Assembly: GCA_964016885.1 (NCBI GenBank)
Contig: OZ024756.1
Location: forward strand, 37,758,001-37,822,000
Source of the DNA: Eledone cirrhosa
Taxonomy: Eukaryota
DNA length: 64,000 bases
Direction of reading: 5' to 3'
Shown: in pieces, positions 50,155-64,000 of the stretch
How positions within the stretch are numbered: the first letter of the stretch is position 1
Layout: every line of letters starts with the position of its first letter
Made by a program: the position numbers and the translations under genes
The notes under the pieces: generated by a model
What the model was told of the DNA's origin: nothing
What the model saw: only the letters and a program-made list of their open reading frames with translations
Databases searched by the model: none

Positions 50155-51353
50155 ATGGCACAAGGCCGGCAATTATCCCAGTGTATTACTGGTACTTTAT
50201 TTTATCGACCCCGTAAGGATGAAAGGCAAAGTTAACCTCGGCAGGGACATAACAATGGTAGAAAGCATGGCGTCAGACTCTCTACCAACACTGCCAATTC
50301 ACCGCCCTGTAATAATGATAATAATAATTGTTTCTACTTTTTGGCACAAGGCCACCAATTACCCAGTGCATTACTGGTACTTTATTTTATCGACCCCGTA
50401 AGGATGAAAGGCAAAGTTAACCTCTGCGGGATTTGAACTCAGATCATAAAGGGCCGTAACTCTATGCTGCAAAGCACAGCGTCCAACCCTCTACCGATAC
50501 TGCCAATCCACCGCCCTTAATAATAATAATTGTTTCTACTTTTTGGCACAAGGCCACCAATTACCCAGTGTATTACTGGTACTTTATTTTATCGACCCCG
50601 TAAGGATGAAAGGCAAAGTTAACCTCTGCGGGATTTGAACTCAGATCATAAAGGGCCGTAACTCTATGCTGCAAAGCACAGCGTCCAACCCTCTACCGAT
50701 ACTGCCAATCCACCGCCCTTAATAATAATAATTGTTTCTACTTTTGGCACAAGGCCAGCAATTATCCAGTGCATTACTGGTACTTTATTTTATCGACCCC
50801 GTAAGGATGAAAGGCAAAGTTAACCTCTGCGGGATTTGAACTCAGATCATAAAGGGCCGTAACTCTATACTGCAAAGCACAGCGTCCAACCCTCTACCGA
50901 TACTGCCAATCCACCGCCCTTAATAATAATAATTGTTTCTACTTTTGGCACAAGGCCAGCAATTATCCAGTGCATTACTGGTACTTTATTTTATCGACCC
51001 CGTAAGGATGAGAGGCAAAGTTAACCTCAGCGGGATTTCAACTCAGAATGGCAAGGGCCGTAACTCTATGCGTCGAAGCATGGCGTCCGACCTTCTACCG
51101 ATACTGCCAATCCACCGCCCTTAATAATAATAATAGTTTCTTATATAGGCACAAGGCCAGTAATTTGGGGGGGAAGGGAAAGTCGATTAAATCGACCCCG
51201 GTGCGTGACTGGTAACTTTATTTTATCGACCCCATAAGGATGAAAGGCAAAGTTAACCTCGGCGGGATTTGAACTCAGATTATAAAGGGCCGTAACTCTA
51301 TGCTGCAAAGCACAGCGTCCGACCCTTTACCGATACTGCCAATCCACCGCCCT
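50155..51353 (-). repeat. Head-to-tail array of SINE type 1 (5 full copies plus 1 deleted copy, ~201-bp period)
   Basis: Units begin ~50327, 50528, 50729, 50930, 51133, joined by (taa)n. Confidence 0.93.
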
Positions 51354-52103
51354 TAATAATAATAATAATAATAATAACAATTAATACTGGGGAGGGACAT
51401 TAAAATATTTGTGATAAACATCTGTATAATAATATATTAGACCCCCCCCCCTCCCCCTCCTCATCAAACACTCCTTTCCATAGCTGCAAGCCCCCTAACA
51501 CCCCCCCCCTGCTCCCTAATATTTTTTGTATTTTGTTTTGTACGTGGATTTTTAATGAACGATGTTGTTTAATCAATCACTGCTTTGGTGTTATAGTTGG
51601 TGATGATGGTGATGTTATTGTTGTCTGTTTGTAAGTAGTGGTTTGTTGTGATGAATGAAGAACAGGGTGGAAAGTGACAAACTTGGGTGGAAGCTGGTAT
51701 GTGGAGGAGGGAGATGATGGTGGGGTGATCGGGGGGTGGGGGGTGAGAGTTATGTTGGTGAGGAAGGAGGGGACTTTTGGGGGCTGAGGTGAGGTGGGGG
51801 GCTATGCAAGGTGATATGGGATCTGCAAGAGTGATGTGAGGGATGGGGCTGTGGAAAGTGATTTGGAGGTGTGTAAAAGTGATGTAATGAGAAAGGAGGT
51901 GATTGGTTGTGATGATGGTGTGGTGGAGGATGTGATTTATAGAATCAATCTCATTCGCTGATAAATCTCCAACTAAAAAGAAAAAAAATGATTTTAATTA
52001 ATCTGAAATATTTTTTTTTCCAATTCTGATAATTATCTTACCAAGGAAAAAAAGAAAGAAAAAAACAACAAAAAAAAAGAACTACAGGTTTAGTTCTGTG
52101 TTG

Positions 52104-52227
<124 letters not shown>

Positions 52228-53119
52228 CTATCTATGTGTGTTTGTGTAATATGTACGGACCTGTAACTTCTGGTTGAGTCATAGTGGTGACCTAGGGCAT
52301 CTCGTTCTATCTCCAGGACTGAACACAGCTAATTTCTTTCAGTGAGGGAGAGAGAGAGAGAGAGAGAGAGACGTAGAGGCAGCATCAATCCTAATACTAG
52401 ACACTTTCAAGTGGTTTAATATCAAAAGTTGGTGTTTGGGAACTTAACTTAGCAAAGATTTTTACATAAAATTATGATGTAAGGTTTTTAGATAAATATA
52501 AACACTTTAACCCTTTAGCATTTACATTACTCTCTATTTACTATTATTATATTTTCATGGTAAAGGCTTTATCTCACATAATATCGAATCTATGCGATTT
52601 TGATGTTATTTATTTTGAGAACAATACCTTAACATCAGTATGAGAGGCCGGTTATAAGGAAAATATGAAGTTCACATTTTCCTTATCTTACATATACTCT
52701 GTTAATGACTGACAAATCATATTTGGAAGAAAAAACATGACGTTGAGTGCTTGAATCAAATTACATCATATTTACTGCTTGGTTTGTTGTATACACAAGC
52801 CCATTTAGTCAGCATATTTACCGCAAGTATATAAGTATTTAAGGTCGAGTGATTAGTGGCCTTTAGACTCACCTGATCAATGAAACAATTGTTAATACTT
52901 GAAATAAAGCCCCTTGTTATTCTTCAATCTTTCACTATATATATATCATCAGTGTTTAACATCCATTTTTCCACGCTGACATGGATTAGATGAGTTGTAC
53001 TGTTGTGAGCAATGCTAGGTCAGGTGGCCATGTCTTGCTCATACGAAACCAATTTTAACTTAGTTTCTACAGCTGGATGTGTGGGAGTGGGTGGTGAACA
53101 CGCATATATATATATATAT

Positions 53120-53330
53120 GAAATGTCAACATGAATGGACCTGTTATTTTTATCTAAAGACATTTTTTCCAATTCCAACCTGCCCGTTCCCTCAGTCTAT
53201 CTTATTTCTCATTTTTGTTTTGATGAAGGACTAGTGTCCAAAACGTTAAGACCCTCTTCCTGCTATTTCAAACGTTAGCTTAATATATTCCTTCCATATA
53301 CTGTACCGATTGTTTCTGTTTACCTTTTAC
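53120..53330 (+). mobile_element. Family A second copy, hammerhead decayed
   Basis: ttgatgaaggactagtgtccaaaacgttaaga vs ctgatgaaggactagcgtccgaaacgttaaga. Confidence 0.72.
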
Positions 53331-53719
53331 ATATATATATATATATATATAGTGAAAAATGGAACGGCAACAAAACAGAGAGGCAGTACGAACAAAGGTT
53401 TATATATATATATATGTGTATATATCAAACCTGGAACTATATGAAATATTAGAAGTTGTAGTCATCAATCCTAAAAGACAGCGGGGAGTGAAGGTGGTTT
53501 GACTGCTATGTTGACCGGTGTAGTGACCACCATGTGGTAGTACGAGACTATGTACCATATGGTAGTTAGCTCCATGCTGCAGTAATGCTATCCCCTCACT
53601 TCAACCATATCGCAGATATCCGTTTTCAATTATCGTATCTACTGTCTGGAACATTAAAGTCAAAGTCAGATTTATTGGTCTATCTGTGTGTGTGTGTGTG
53701 TCCCCATCTCCTCCTATGT

Positions 53720-54755
53720 CTATACTACACCACACCACACCATATCACAACCACACTACACTGCACCACACCACCACACCATAACTGTAGCAGACCTACA
53801 TACCACACCACTTCACATCCTTCACGAACACCACATAACACCCTTCATCACACAGTACTATATCATACAACCACGCCACAACCACACTACACCATACCAT
53901 ACCACACCTCACAACACCATACTACACCACAACCACACTACACCATACTACACCAAAACCACACTACACCATACTACACCACACCACAACCACACTACAC
54001 CATACCATACCACACCTCACAACACAGCCACACTACACCACAACCACACTACACCATACTACACCACAGCCACACTACACCATACTACACCACACCCACA
54101 ACCACATTACACCATACTACACCACAACCACACTACACCATACTACACCACAACCACACTACACCATACTACACCACAACCACACTACACCATACTACAC
54201 CACAGCCACACTACACCATACTACACCACACCCACACCACAACCACATTACACCATACTACACCACAACCACACTACACCATACTACACCACAACCACGC
54301 CACAACCACACTACACCATACTACACCACAACCATGCCACAACCACACTACACCATACTACACCACAGCCACACTACACCATACTACACCACAACCACAC
54401 CACAACCATGCCACAACCACACCACAACCATGCCACAACCACACTACACCATACTACACCACAACCACGCTACACCACAGCCACACTACACCATACTACA
54501 CCACAACCACGCCACAACCACACTACACCATACTACACCACAACCATGCCACAACCACACTACACCATACTACACCACAGCCACACTACACCATACTACA
54601 CCACAACCACACCACAACCATGCCACAACCACACCACAACCATGCCACAACCACACTACACCATACTACACCACAACCACGCTACACCACAGCCACACTA
54701 CACCATACTACACCACAACCACGCCACAACCACACTACACCATACTACACCACAA
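53720..54755. repeat. 26-bp minisatellite (accacactacaccatactacaccaca) with pentamer variants
   Basis: Period checked at 54127/54153; explains the 449-aa and 433-aa ORFs. Confidence 0.95.
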
Positions 54756-56116
54756 TCATCCAAATTCCAGCTGCATGTATTGATTTCACTGCTGACCATG
54801 TTAGCTTTGCTGGTACTTCTAACAACCCCCCCCCCCCCCCCCCCACCACCACCACCAGCAATACCAGCGACAATATCCACCAACACTATCACCACCACCA
54901 CCACCACCACCACCACCACTTCAGTTGCACCTAAACTCCATCCACACACACAGTGTCTCTACATCATCATCATCATCATCATTATTTAGTATCTGTATCC
55001 CTGCTAGCGAGGGTTTGATGAGTCGTCACAGACCAATTCAGTGCTTAATAGTAGGTACTGACCTTTCAGATGGGCTAGGGCTCACACCTCACTTACATTC
55101 CTCTGCACTCTACAGAGTGCATCGTGTGCATTGTATAATGGCATCACCATTAGGTTGGTTTTCGTGTTTATTTTCACAGGTTTGGCAAGTTTTCTATTGC
55201 TGGATGCCTTCCCACCACCAACTACTTTACAGAGTGTACAGGGTGTGTTTACTGAGTTACCAGCACTAAGGAAGTTGTTGTGCCTTTGACACAACTAGCC
55301 CCTTTTTTTTGTTTGGCATGGTTTTTACAACTGGAAGCAAGCCCTTCCTAACACTAACCACTTTACAGAGTGTACTGGGTGCATTCTTTGTGGCACCAAC
55401 ATTAGAGAGGTTGTCGTGTCAGAACTGGAAGCTTTTTTTCGAACACTTTATGACACATTTCTATAACTTGGAAACCATTCCCAGCACCAACCACTTTACA
55501 GAGTGTACGGGGTGCATTTTATTTATAGATTACTAATAGAAATATTAATATTGCTGTGTGTATATATGTATGTGTCTGTATGTGTGTGTCTGTATCTATG
55601 TCTATGGTTATGTGTGTGTTTATGTATGTCTGTATATGTATGTGTGTGGATTCATGTGTGTGTATATCTCGGTATTTATATAATGTGTGGGTCTATGGCT
55701 ATGTTAGTCCGTCCGTGTGTATGGCTAGAAGCAGAATTACTCAGGTTTAGTCATCACCATCACAACCATCAACATCAAAGCCACTATCACAACCATCAAC
55801 ACTACCATCAACATCAACACCACTATCACAACCACCACAACCACCAACACCACCACTACCACCACCACTACCACCAACACCACCACCACTACCACCAACA
55901 CCACCACCAATACCACCATTGAATTCCCTGGTAGTTGAAATGTCTATTGATCTACTTGATGTTTGATGAGAAAGTTTTAATTGCCAAAGATTGCCTTTTA
56001 GATGTTTGTTTGTTTGTTTGTGTATATGCACGCGTGTGTTTGTATATATATACACACACATACATACATATTTATTAGAATGTCGTCGAAGTGTGTATAC
56101 ATTTTTAGGGGACACC

Positions 56117-56182
<66 letters not shown>

Positions 56183-56269
56183 ACTATAATAAAGGAAGGT
56201 CTGCGGGATTGCGTACGGTTTATTTTTTTTTTACCCCGTTTGTAAAATAAGTTGGATTACTTTGAATAA

Positions 56270-56460
56270 ATAATTGTTTCTACGTTAGGCACAAGGCCAG
56301 CAAATTTCCCAGTGCATTACTGGTACTTTATTTTATCGACCCTGTAAGGATGAAAGGCAAAGTTAACCTTGGCGGGATTTGAACTGAGAATGGCAAGGGC
56401 CATAACTCTATACGTCAAAGCATGGCGTCCGACCCTCTACCAATACTGCCAATCCACCGC
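56270..56460 (-). mobile_element. SINE type 1
   Basis: Full-length copy. Confidence 0.87.
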
Positions 56461-57010
56461 GAATGAATATTACATAATTTATCTACTATATTTTGTGTAT
56501 TTAAAGATTCACTTCTTTAAAATTACTGAAATGTCAACACTTCCGGTGACCATCACTTAAATAAACATACTAATTTTCCGTCACTAATTTTTTCCTAATG
56601 CAGTTTATATATAATATGGTCTTTTTTAATGTATCATGGATTACGTTACTGATTACATAAGTCTTCGTGCAATTTCTATGTATTATATATTGTCAATTAT
56701 GATTTTATTTGATATATCATATCTACATGTATATATACCTGCGTATAATATCAATATACACACTAAAGGGTGGTTTTCTGCTAGTATATATATAAATGTG
56801 TTTAAGTAAAATATATATATATATGTAGATGCTAAGGTATCGGTACACATGTACACACGCATATACATACACATGTACACACATACACATGCACATGTAT
56901 ACACACTCACAGACACAATGTACACACACTCACAGACACAATGTACACACTCACACATACATGTACAGACGCACATACATGTACACTCACGCGTACACAC
57001 ATACATACAT

Positions 57011-57044
<34 letters not shown>

Positions 57045-58042
57045 TCTTATATAAAGCAGATGTTCCTGATATTCAAGCCGTGTTTCTCTTTTAATATCCA
57101 CACTTAATCTGACAATGTACAAGTGTTCTTGACATTGGTGGTGGTGATGGTGATGATGGTGGTAGTGGACTAGTGGTGTTGGTGGACTGTAGTGGTAGTG
57201 GTGGTGGTGGTGGACTGTAGTGGTGGTGGTGAATTGTAGTAGTGATGGTGGTGGTGGTGGTGGTGGTGGTGTGTTGTTGATGTGGTAGTGGTGGCCGGTG
57301 TTGTTGTTGTTGTTGTGGTGATGGCAGAGGTGGACTGTGGTGATGGTGGTGGTAGCGGTGGGGGTGTGTCTGGTGGTGAGGGTGGTGGTGTTGATGGTGA
57401 TGTCATTCATGTTGTTAGTAATGGTGGTGGAGTTTAACCTTTTACCTTCCTTGCTGGCTAATATACTTCTAACCTCTTCCTCTTCCTTTCCTACCTATAA
57501 TGGTCAACTTTGCCTTTCATCTTTCCAGGGTCAATAAAATAAAGTACCAGTAATGCACTGGAGTTGATTCAATCAACTTTCCCCTCTCCTTCAAATTGCT
57601 GGCCTTTTGCCTAAAGTAGAAACAATTATTCCTGAAACAAAAATTAAACAAAAAACAAACGTTAAGGTCTCATGTTAGATGTCCCACCCACCTCTGAATC
57701 CATCGAATGTGTCCTTAAGCAAGACTTTTTATTTCACATTTCTCTAATCCAGAAACAATATGTACCAGCAACAGCAGCTGCATATAGAAGATGTGTGTGT
57801 GTGTAAACAAAAGAGTTGACTAACGAGACATTGGGAATATTTGAACTGTGTACGTCCTAACACGAATGACCACAATAGTAGTGAATCAATATAAATAAGT
57901 GTTCTGAAAATTTGGTTAAAGTAACTCTTGGAGATGGAAATGAAAAGGGAACTGGGGACAAGGGAGCTAGCTTGTACTAAAAGGAAACTCCACATTCCTC
58001 ACAGGCACCTCTGTCTCCTGAAGTACTTTACCATGTTTTCTC

Positions 58043-58396
58043 AACTATTAATAAATTTAAAGACTAAAATCCAAAGAGGGCTCGATAAGGATAAATATAT
58101 ATCAGATATATAAGAACCGTAGAGCAAATATTTATTAGAATAACAGATTAAAGTTTAAGCAAAGAATCGCTGCTTTCACCCGAGCAGGTTTGAAATTAGA
58201 AAATAGAATAGCTTTCACCGTATTTTTGACTAAAGGAATTTTAGCCTGATAATGGGGTTTAGAACCCTCAGATAAATGGAAAAAGATGAGTATTGACGTA
58301 CATGTACGTCAATACTCATCTTTTTCCATTTATCTGAGGGTTCTAAACCCCATTATCAGGCTAAAATTCCTTTAGTCAAAAATATGGTGAAAGCTG

Positions 58397-58400
<4 letters not shown>
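58043..58400. mobile_element. Family G long copy ending in a 186-bp loopless palindrome
   Basis: 58210-58395 is self-complementary about ca|tg (58302/58303) with one mismatch. Confidence 0.78.
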
Positions 58401-58443
<43 letters not shown>

Positions 58444-59036
58444 TTCCTTCAAATGAAACAATTCTGATCTTGTAGAAGCCATTTCTTTATAAAATTTGTT
58501 GTTCACACTCTACCAATGTATTGAGTACTTTACTTACTGTACTGTGTTTACACTGGATTGATCTCGGTACTCATATATATACACACACATGCATACATGT
58601 ATCTACCTCTCTATATATGTGTATAAAAGCAAACACACATACACACAGACAGACACATACATATATACAAACACCTATCGTTTTTGTTGTGTCTTGAGAG
58701 AAGCCAGTACGAATAATAATGAGTCCCTTATATTTACAGCACCCATACACATATATATAGATATATACAGATACACTGTGTACTCCAGCACACCACTCAA
58801 CAGCCTGATATATATACACATAAACATCTCGCCATCTTTCATTATGCTGTCACTAATAAACCCATGTCGGTGTGTATGTATATATATATGTGTGTACATA
58901 GATATGTATATGTGAGTATGTATATGTGTGTGTGTATGTACATAGATATGGATATGTGAGTATAGAGATGTGTGTATATATATGTTAATATATATATATG
59001 TGAATGTGTATGTACATAGATATGTATATCTGAGTA

Positions 59037-59099
<63 letters not shown>

Positions 59100-59128
59100 G
59101 AGTTTATATGTGTATGTACATTGATCTG

Positions 59129-59160
<32 letters not shown>

Positions 59161-59801
59161 AATGTGTATGTACATATCTGAGTATATATGTGTATGTATA
59201 TAGATATGTATATGTATGTATGTATATATATATGTGTGTATGTGTATGTGTATGTATATATGTATGTGTATATATGTTATAGACGTTCTTCTCATAAATT
59301 ATTTCATTTAATTTTCCCCACTATTATCCTATTCCTCCACTAAGACAGAGAAAACATTTATTTTTAAGGATCTTCAATTTTTTCTAAATTTAATTTCATT
59401 ACACACACACACACACACACACACATATAAATAATATATTATATATATATAAACATTATATATATATATAGTTTTATTTTATTTTATATTTTGTTTCATA
59501 TATTTACTTACGTTTTTGATATATATTTTTATTACATAATTTTCAAAACATTCTTTTAAGAAATAGCCTCGAGGAAATTAACTATTCTCTTAATGGCAAT
59601 AATGCAAAGGGAAAAATGCATCTATTTGTGGGCATGGGTAAATGTATGTGTGTGTGTGTGTATGTATATATATATGTGTGTGTGTGGGAGAGGGAGATTA
59701 AGGAGAAGAAATAGTGTGGTGGTGGTGGTGGTGGGTTGCATATTATGTAAATGGTGCATATAATTATGGAAATGCAAAAAGGAAAGGGGGAAAAAATGTG
59801 T

Positions 59802-59867
<66 letters not shown>

Positions 59868-60002
59868 GCGCATAATATACTAATATACACACATGCACAC
59901 ACACATATATATATATATATATACATGCGCATAATATACACACATGCACACATATATGTTTATATATTCATACACAACAAACATATGCATACATTTATAC
60001 AC

Positions 60003-60033
<31 letters not shown>

Positions 60034-60571
60034 TATATATACATACACACACATATATATATATATATACATACACACACATATATATATACATACACAC
60101 ACACATATATATATATATATACATATACACATTATATACATATATATATATATATATACATTGTGTGGTATACACACAAATGTGCTATATTCAAAATAGT
60201 ATGTTAAATGAGTAGACAAAACCATGGTGTGTGTATGTGTGTATGTGTGTGTGTGTGTTGGATAATATGGTTATAGGATGCATGCGTGTGTGTATGTGTG
60301 CATTAGAAAAATAATGAGTATAATTATCGGATGTGTACATGTGTTTGCATCTGTGTATGTGTGTGTCTGTTTGTGTTCATTATTGTTTTCACCTCCCACC
60401 ACCCTCTCCCCCTACCTCTTCTCTCACTCACCCAACTCCACTCCACTCCACCTCACCTCAAAATGGAGTGTTGTTCTGTTCTCTCTCAAGTTCAAAAGCC
60501 TTAGGTTTTATTGAAAGATAAGTGGAATGGGTTTTTAAATAAATTAAATCTAATCTAAAGAACTCCGCCAC

Positions 60572-60845
60572 CACTCACCACCACCTCCACCACTGCCAGC
60601 TCTTCCCCACCACCACCACTACCAACACCACCACTGCCAGCTCTTCCCCACCACCACTACCAACACCTTCACTGCACTGCCAGCTCCCCACCACCACCAC
60701 TGCCAACATCACCGACGCCATCTCTTCCCCACCACTACTACCAACACCACCACTGCCAGCTCTTCTCCACCACCAACACCACCACTGCCAGCTCTTCCCC
60801 ACCACCGCCACTACCAACACCACTCACTGCCAGCTCCCCACCACC
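60572..60845. repeat. ccaccactgccagctcttcccca minisatellite
   Basis: Directly visible, degenerate. Confidence 0.85.
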
Positions 60846-60948
60846 ACCACCACCACCACCGATAGCCAGCCCTGCCCTCCCCCCCCCCCCTATGCACCCA
60901 TCTTTTGATGAAGACATTTAATAAAAGCTTTCTGCCAAATGAAACACT

Positions 60949-61005
<57 letters not shown>

Positions 61006-61311
61006 GTATTAGGATGGTTGAAATTGCCACCACTGCCGCCATCCACTCCGCCACACCACATAACAGCCACCACTTTTGATCTGCCCCCCCCCCCTTTCCA
61101 TCTGCCTCTATGTGTATGTGTGTATATATATATGTGTGTGTATGTATATATATATAATGTGCATGTTTATGTACGTGTGTATGCATACACATATCTACAT
61201 ATTTATATATGTATGTGTATGAATATATCTATCTATCTCTCTATAATGTATATATATATAGAGAGAAAGAAAAAAAAAAATATATATATATATACACATA
61301 AACATATATAT

Positions 61312-61346
<35 letters not shown>

Positions 61347-61367
61347 CATACACATAAACATATATAT

Positions 61368-61400
<33 letters not shown>

Positions 61401-61592
61401 CATAAACATATATATGTATGTGTGTATATACATATATATATATATACACACATAAACATATATGTATGTGTGTATAATATATATATATACACATAAACAT
61501 ATATATGTATGTGTGTATATATATATATATATACATAAACATATATATATGTGTGTGTGTGTGTATATATATATATACATAAACATATATAT

Positions 61593-61657
<65 letters not shown>

Positions 61658-63777
61658 TATATATCCTATCTATTTTAGCAGCTGTAAGCTCAATGAATTT
61701 TCTCTCCGATGTGCCATTTCCATTTCCAATGCTTAGAACAAAGATGTTTTGATGTATAATTTCCATTCATTTACTTAGCTTATTATTATTATTATTATTA
61801 TTATTGTTTTACTTGTTGTTTTTGTCTGTTCTTTTTCTTTTATCTTAGCATCATTTGCTTTTCATTCTCTTCTGCAGATATATTCCATTTATTTTCTATC
61901 TTATCTCTCTAATGCTTAAAACATTCTCGTCCATTTACCATTTCTAAATTTTGAAGAACATAAATACATAAACCATTATATACAAAAGGCAAAGCTTTTA
62001 GTGGAAGTTTTCTTCGAAAAATGGATTGTTTCCTGTTGATACTGCTGTCTAACCCTTTTGATACCAAACTGCCTGAAACCAGTCTTGGTTTTGTGATACA
62101 ACACTCTTTATTGTTTAAATTTATCTAAAAAAAAAAAATTTCATCTTAATTTTATGTAAAAACAAACCTTTGTTAAATTTATTTTCAAAACACAAACTTA
62201 ATAATGAGAAAGTTAGTTATATTACTAAATCTCTCTAAATTCTTTGTTTTCAAAATTATTTGCATATCATAGTCAGTGCCTTTTATTAGAAATATGGCAG
62301 CGATAGGGTTAAAATGTTTATAGTTATCGAAAAAATCTCCCTTTGTAATTTTATGTTAGAAACTTTGTTAAATTATGTTTCAAATGCTAGCTTAATAACG
62401 AGTAAATTAGTTGTTATTAAATCTCTCCAAATTCTTGATTATTTGCAAAATTATTTGAAAATCATAGGCAGTGTTTTTCATTAGAAATATGGTAATGAAA
62501 GGGCTAAATATTGCTTAATCTCTGTCTCTGGAGTGAGTGTACTCCTTGAGGATTGAACCTACAAAAAAATAAGGGGGGTTTTGTTCTTAAACTGTTTTCC
62601 TTATTTGTCCTGTCTCTTAACTGAACTGCATCCCAAGAACTTTCTCTAACTTCTTCCTTCACATGTCCCTTCAGTGTGTTGTGTGTGTATCTAAGTGACC
62701 AGTGGGGGAGAAGGAGCAGTAGTGTGTATGTGACTTGGACACAAGACTGTCTTGATCAACCTCTTTTGAGTCTACTGGATGAGAATGTATGTCATAAGAC
62801 CTATAACTTCAGGATACAACACTGATATGTCTTGTAGTTGGGTCACTTGGATGATGGTGTTTGTTGTAAGACCCTCACTGAAACACCTACAGGCCAGGAT
62901 TATAGCTCTGGTGATGTTTTCTAGAATTTGCATTGGTGGAGGTGTGAAGAACTTACCATATGTTTTCTTCTTCTTTGCCTACTTAATCCTGGAAGGATCG
63001 TGGGGGCAGAGTCCTCAAACACTCCTTCTAGCAGGTTCTGTCAGAAGCAACCGTCTCCAACTGATCTGGCTGGAACCCTGAGTGAGACCAGCCAAGGTCA
63101 TATATATATGATTTTCACCAACTTCAAATTCTACATAGATGAGCTGCTAAAATATTTTTACTTTCGATGTGAATATTACAGCAGTTTCACCTTGGAATAT
63201 TACAGCAGTTTCACTATGGAGGTGAAATTTTTATTTCTCTTATTGTTTTTTTATGTTTTGAATGAATATATATAACCTTCAAAACATTGGAAATTGGTAA
63301 AAAAAAAGAAAAAAGAAAAAAAAAAAACTTTACTCTAAATGACATTTAAGACATTTTAAATATCAAAACATTAAAATTTCATAAATATATTCTCTACTCA
63401 TGAGAATTTCTAAACTACACCATCTTAGCATAACATGTTGGTTAGTTGCTTTGACTTCAACCTTTAATACATTATAAAATATGGTGTGGTAAATATAGAC
63501 ATATACACCAGGTCCCAAGACAATGGGGTTTGGATTTTTGCCCATTTCTCAGACATGAAATAGGGGGTCAACTTATATTCAAGTTTATATGGTAAATTGG
63601 TTGCTCACTCTGATTGATCGACAAGATCCCAGACCTCATTTGCTTGCCGAGTGGGATGGACCTTATCAAATTGGACCAAGGAAACAATGGTTCCATTGGT
63701 CCGTCCATTGCTGATATTTTCTTCCGATCGCGACTCTTCATAATCACACATGCATTCTCACTTATAATCACACATAC

Positions 63778-64000
63778 ATTCACTCTCTCTCACACACACA
63801 CATTTTATCACTCATAAACACTCTTTCTCTCTCTCTCTCTCACACACACACTCTCTCTCTCTCACACACACATTTTATCACTCATAAACACACACACTCT
63901 CTCTCTCTCACACACACACTCTCTCTCTCTCACACACACATTTTATCACTCATAAACACACACACTCTCTCTCTCTCTCTCTCTCTCACACATTTTATCA
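63778..64000. repeat. Compound (CT)n(CA)n minisatellite with cattttatcactcataaac core
   Basis: Core repeated four times; runs off the window end. Confidence 0.85.

Noticed and set aside
53585-54989. 449-aa and 433-aa His/Thr/Pro-rich ORFs
   Set aside because: Translations of a 26-bp minisatellite, open in several frames.
63601-63713. Gypsy integrase GPY/F motif (LAEWDGPYQI)
   Set aside because: Short isolated match bounded by stops, no other LTR-element features.

Overview
Eukaryotic, AT-rich, microsatellite-saturated and apparently non-genic (intronic/intergenic) DNA. The repeat landscape looks like an octopod cephalopod genome (inference from repeat types only). No confident host exon was found, and nearly all ORFs in the supplied track are translations of micro/minisatellites. 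Recognisable elements: RTE-clade LINE pieces with (GAT)n tails (one with a PHD finger in the RT region), CR1 and CRE LINE remnants, two tRNA-derived SINE types, Tc1/mariner-, pogo-, hAT- and piggyBac-type MITEs, and many minisatellites (including an 85-bp array with an 850-bp higher-order duplication inside a hAT MITE). The main unexplained signal is about ten families of short elements nested in or beside (TA)n tracts. They usually form inverted (fold-back) pairs, several carry minimal type-I hammerhead ribozyme cores (CUGANGA...GAAA...NUH), and one retains a Penelope-like GIY-YIG C-terminus. Separately, several (TA)n tracts are the centre of inverted duplications of their own flank. All structures were read by eye; coordinates are approximate at element edges.
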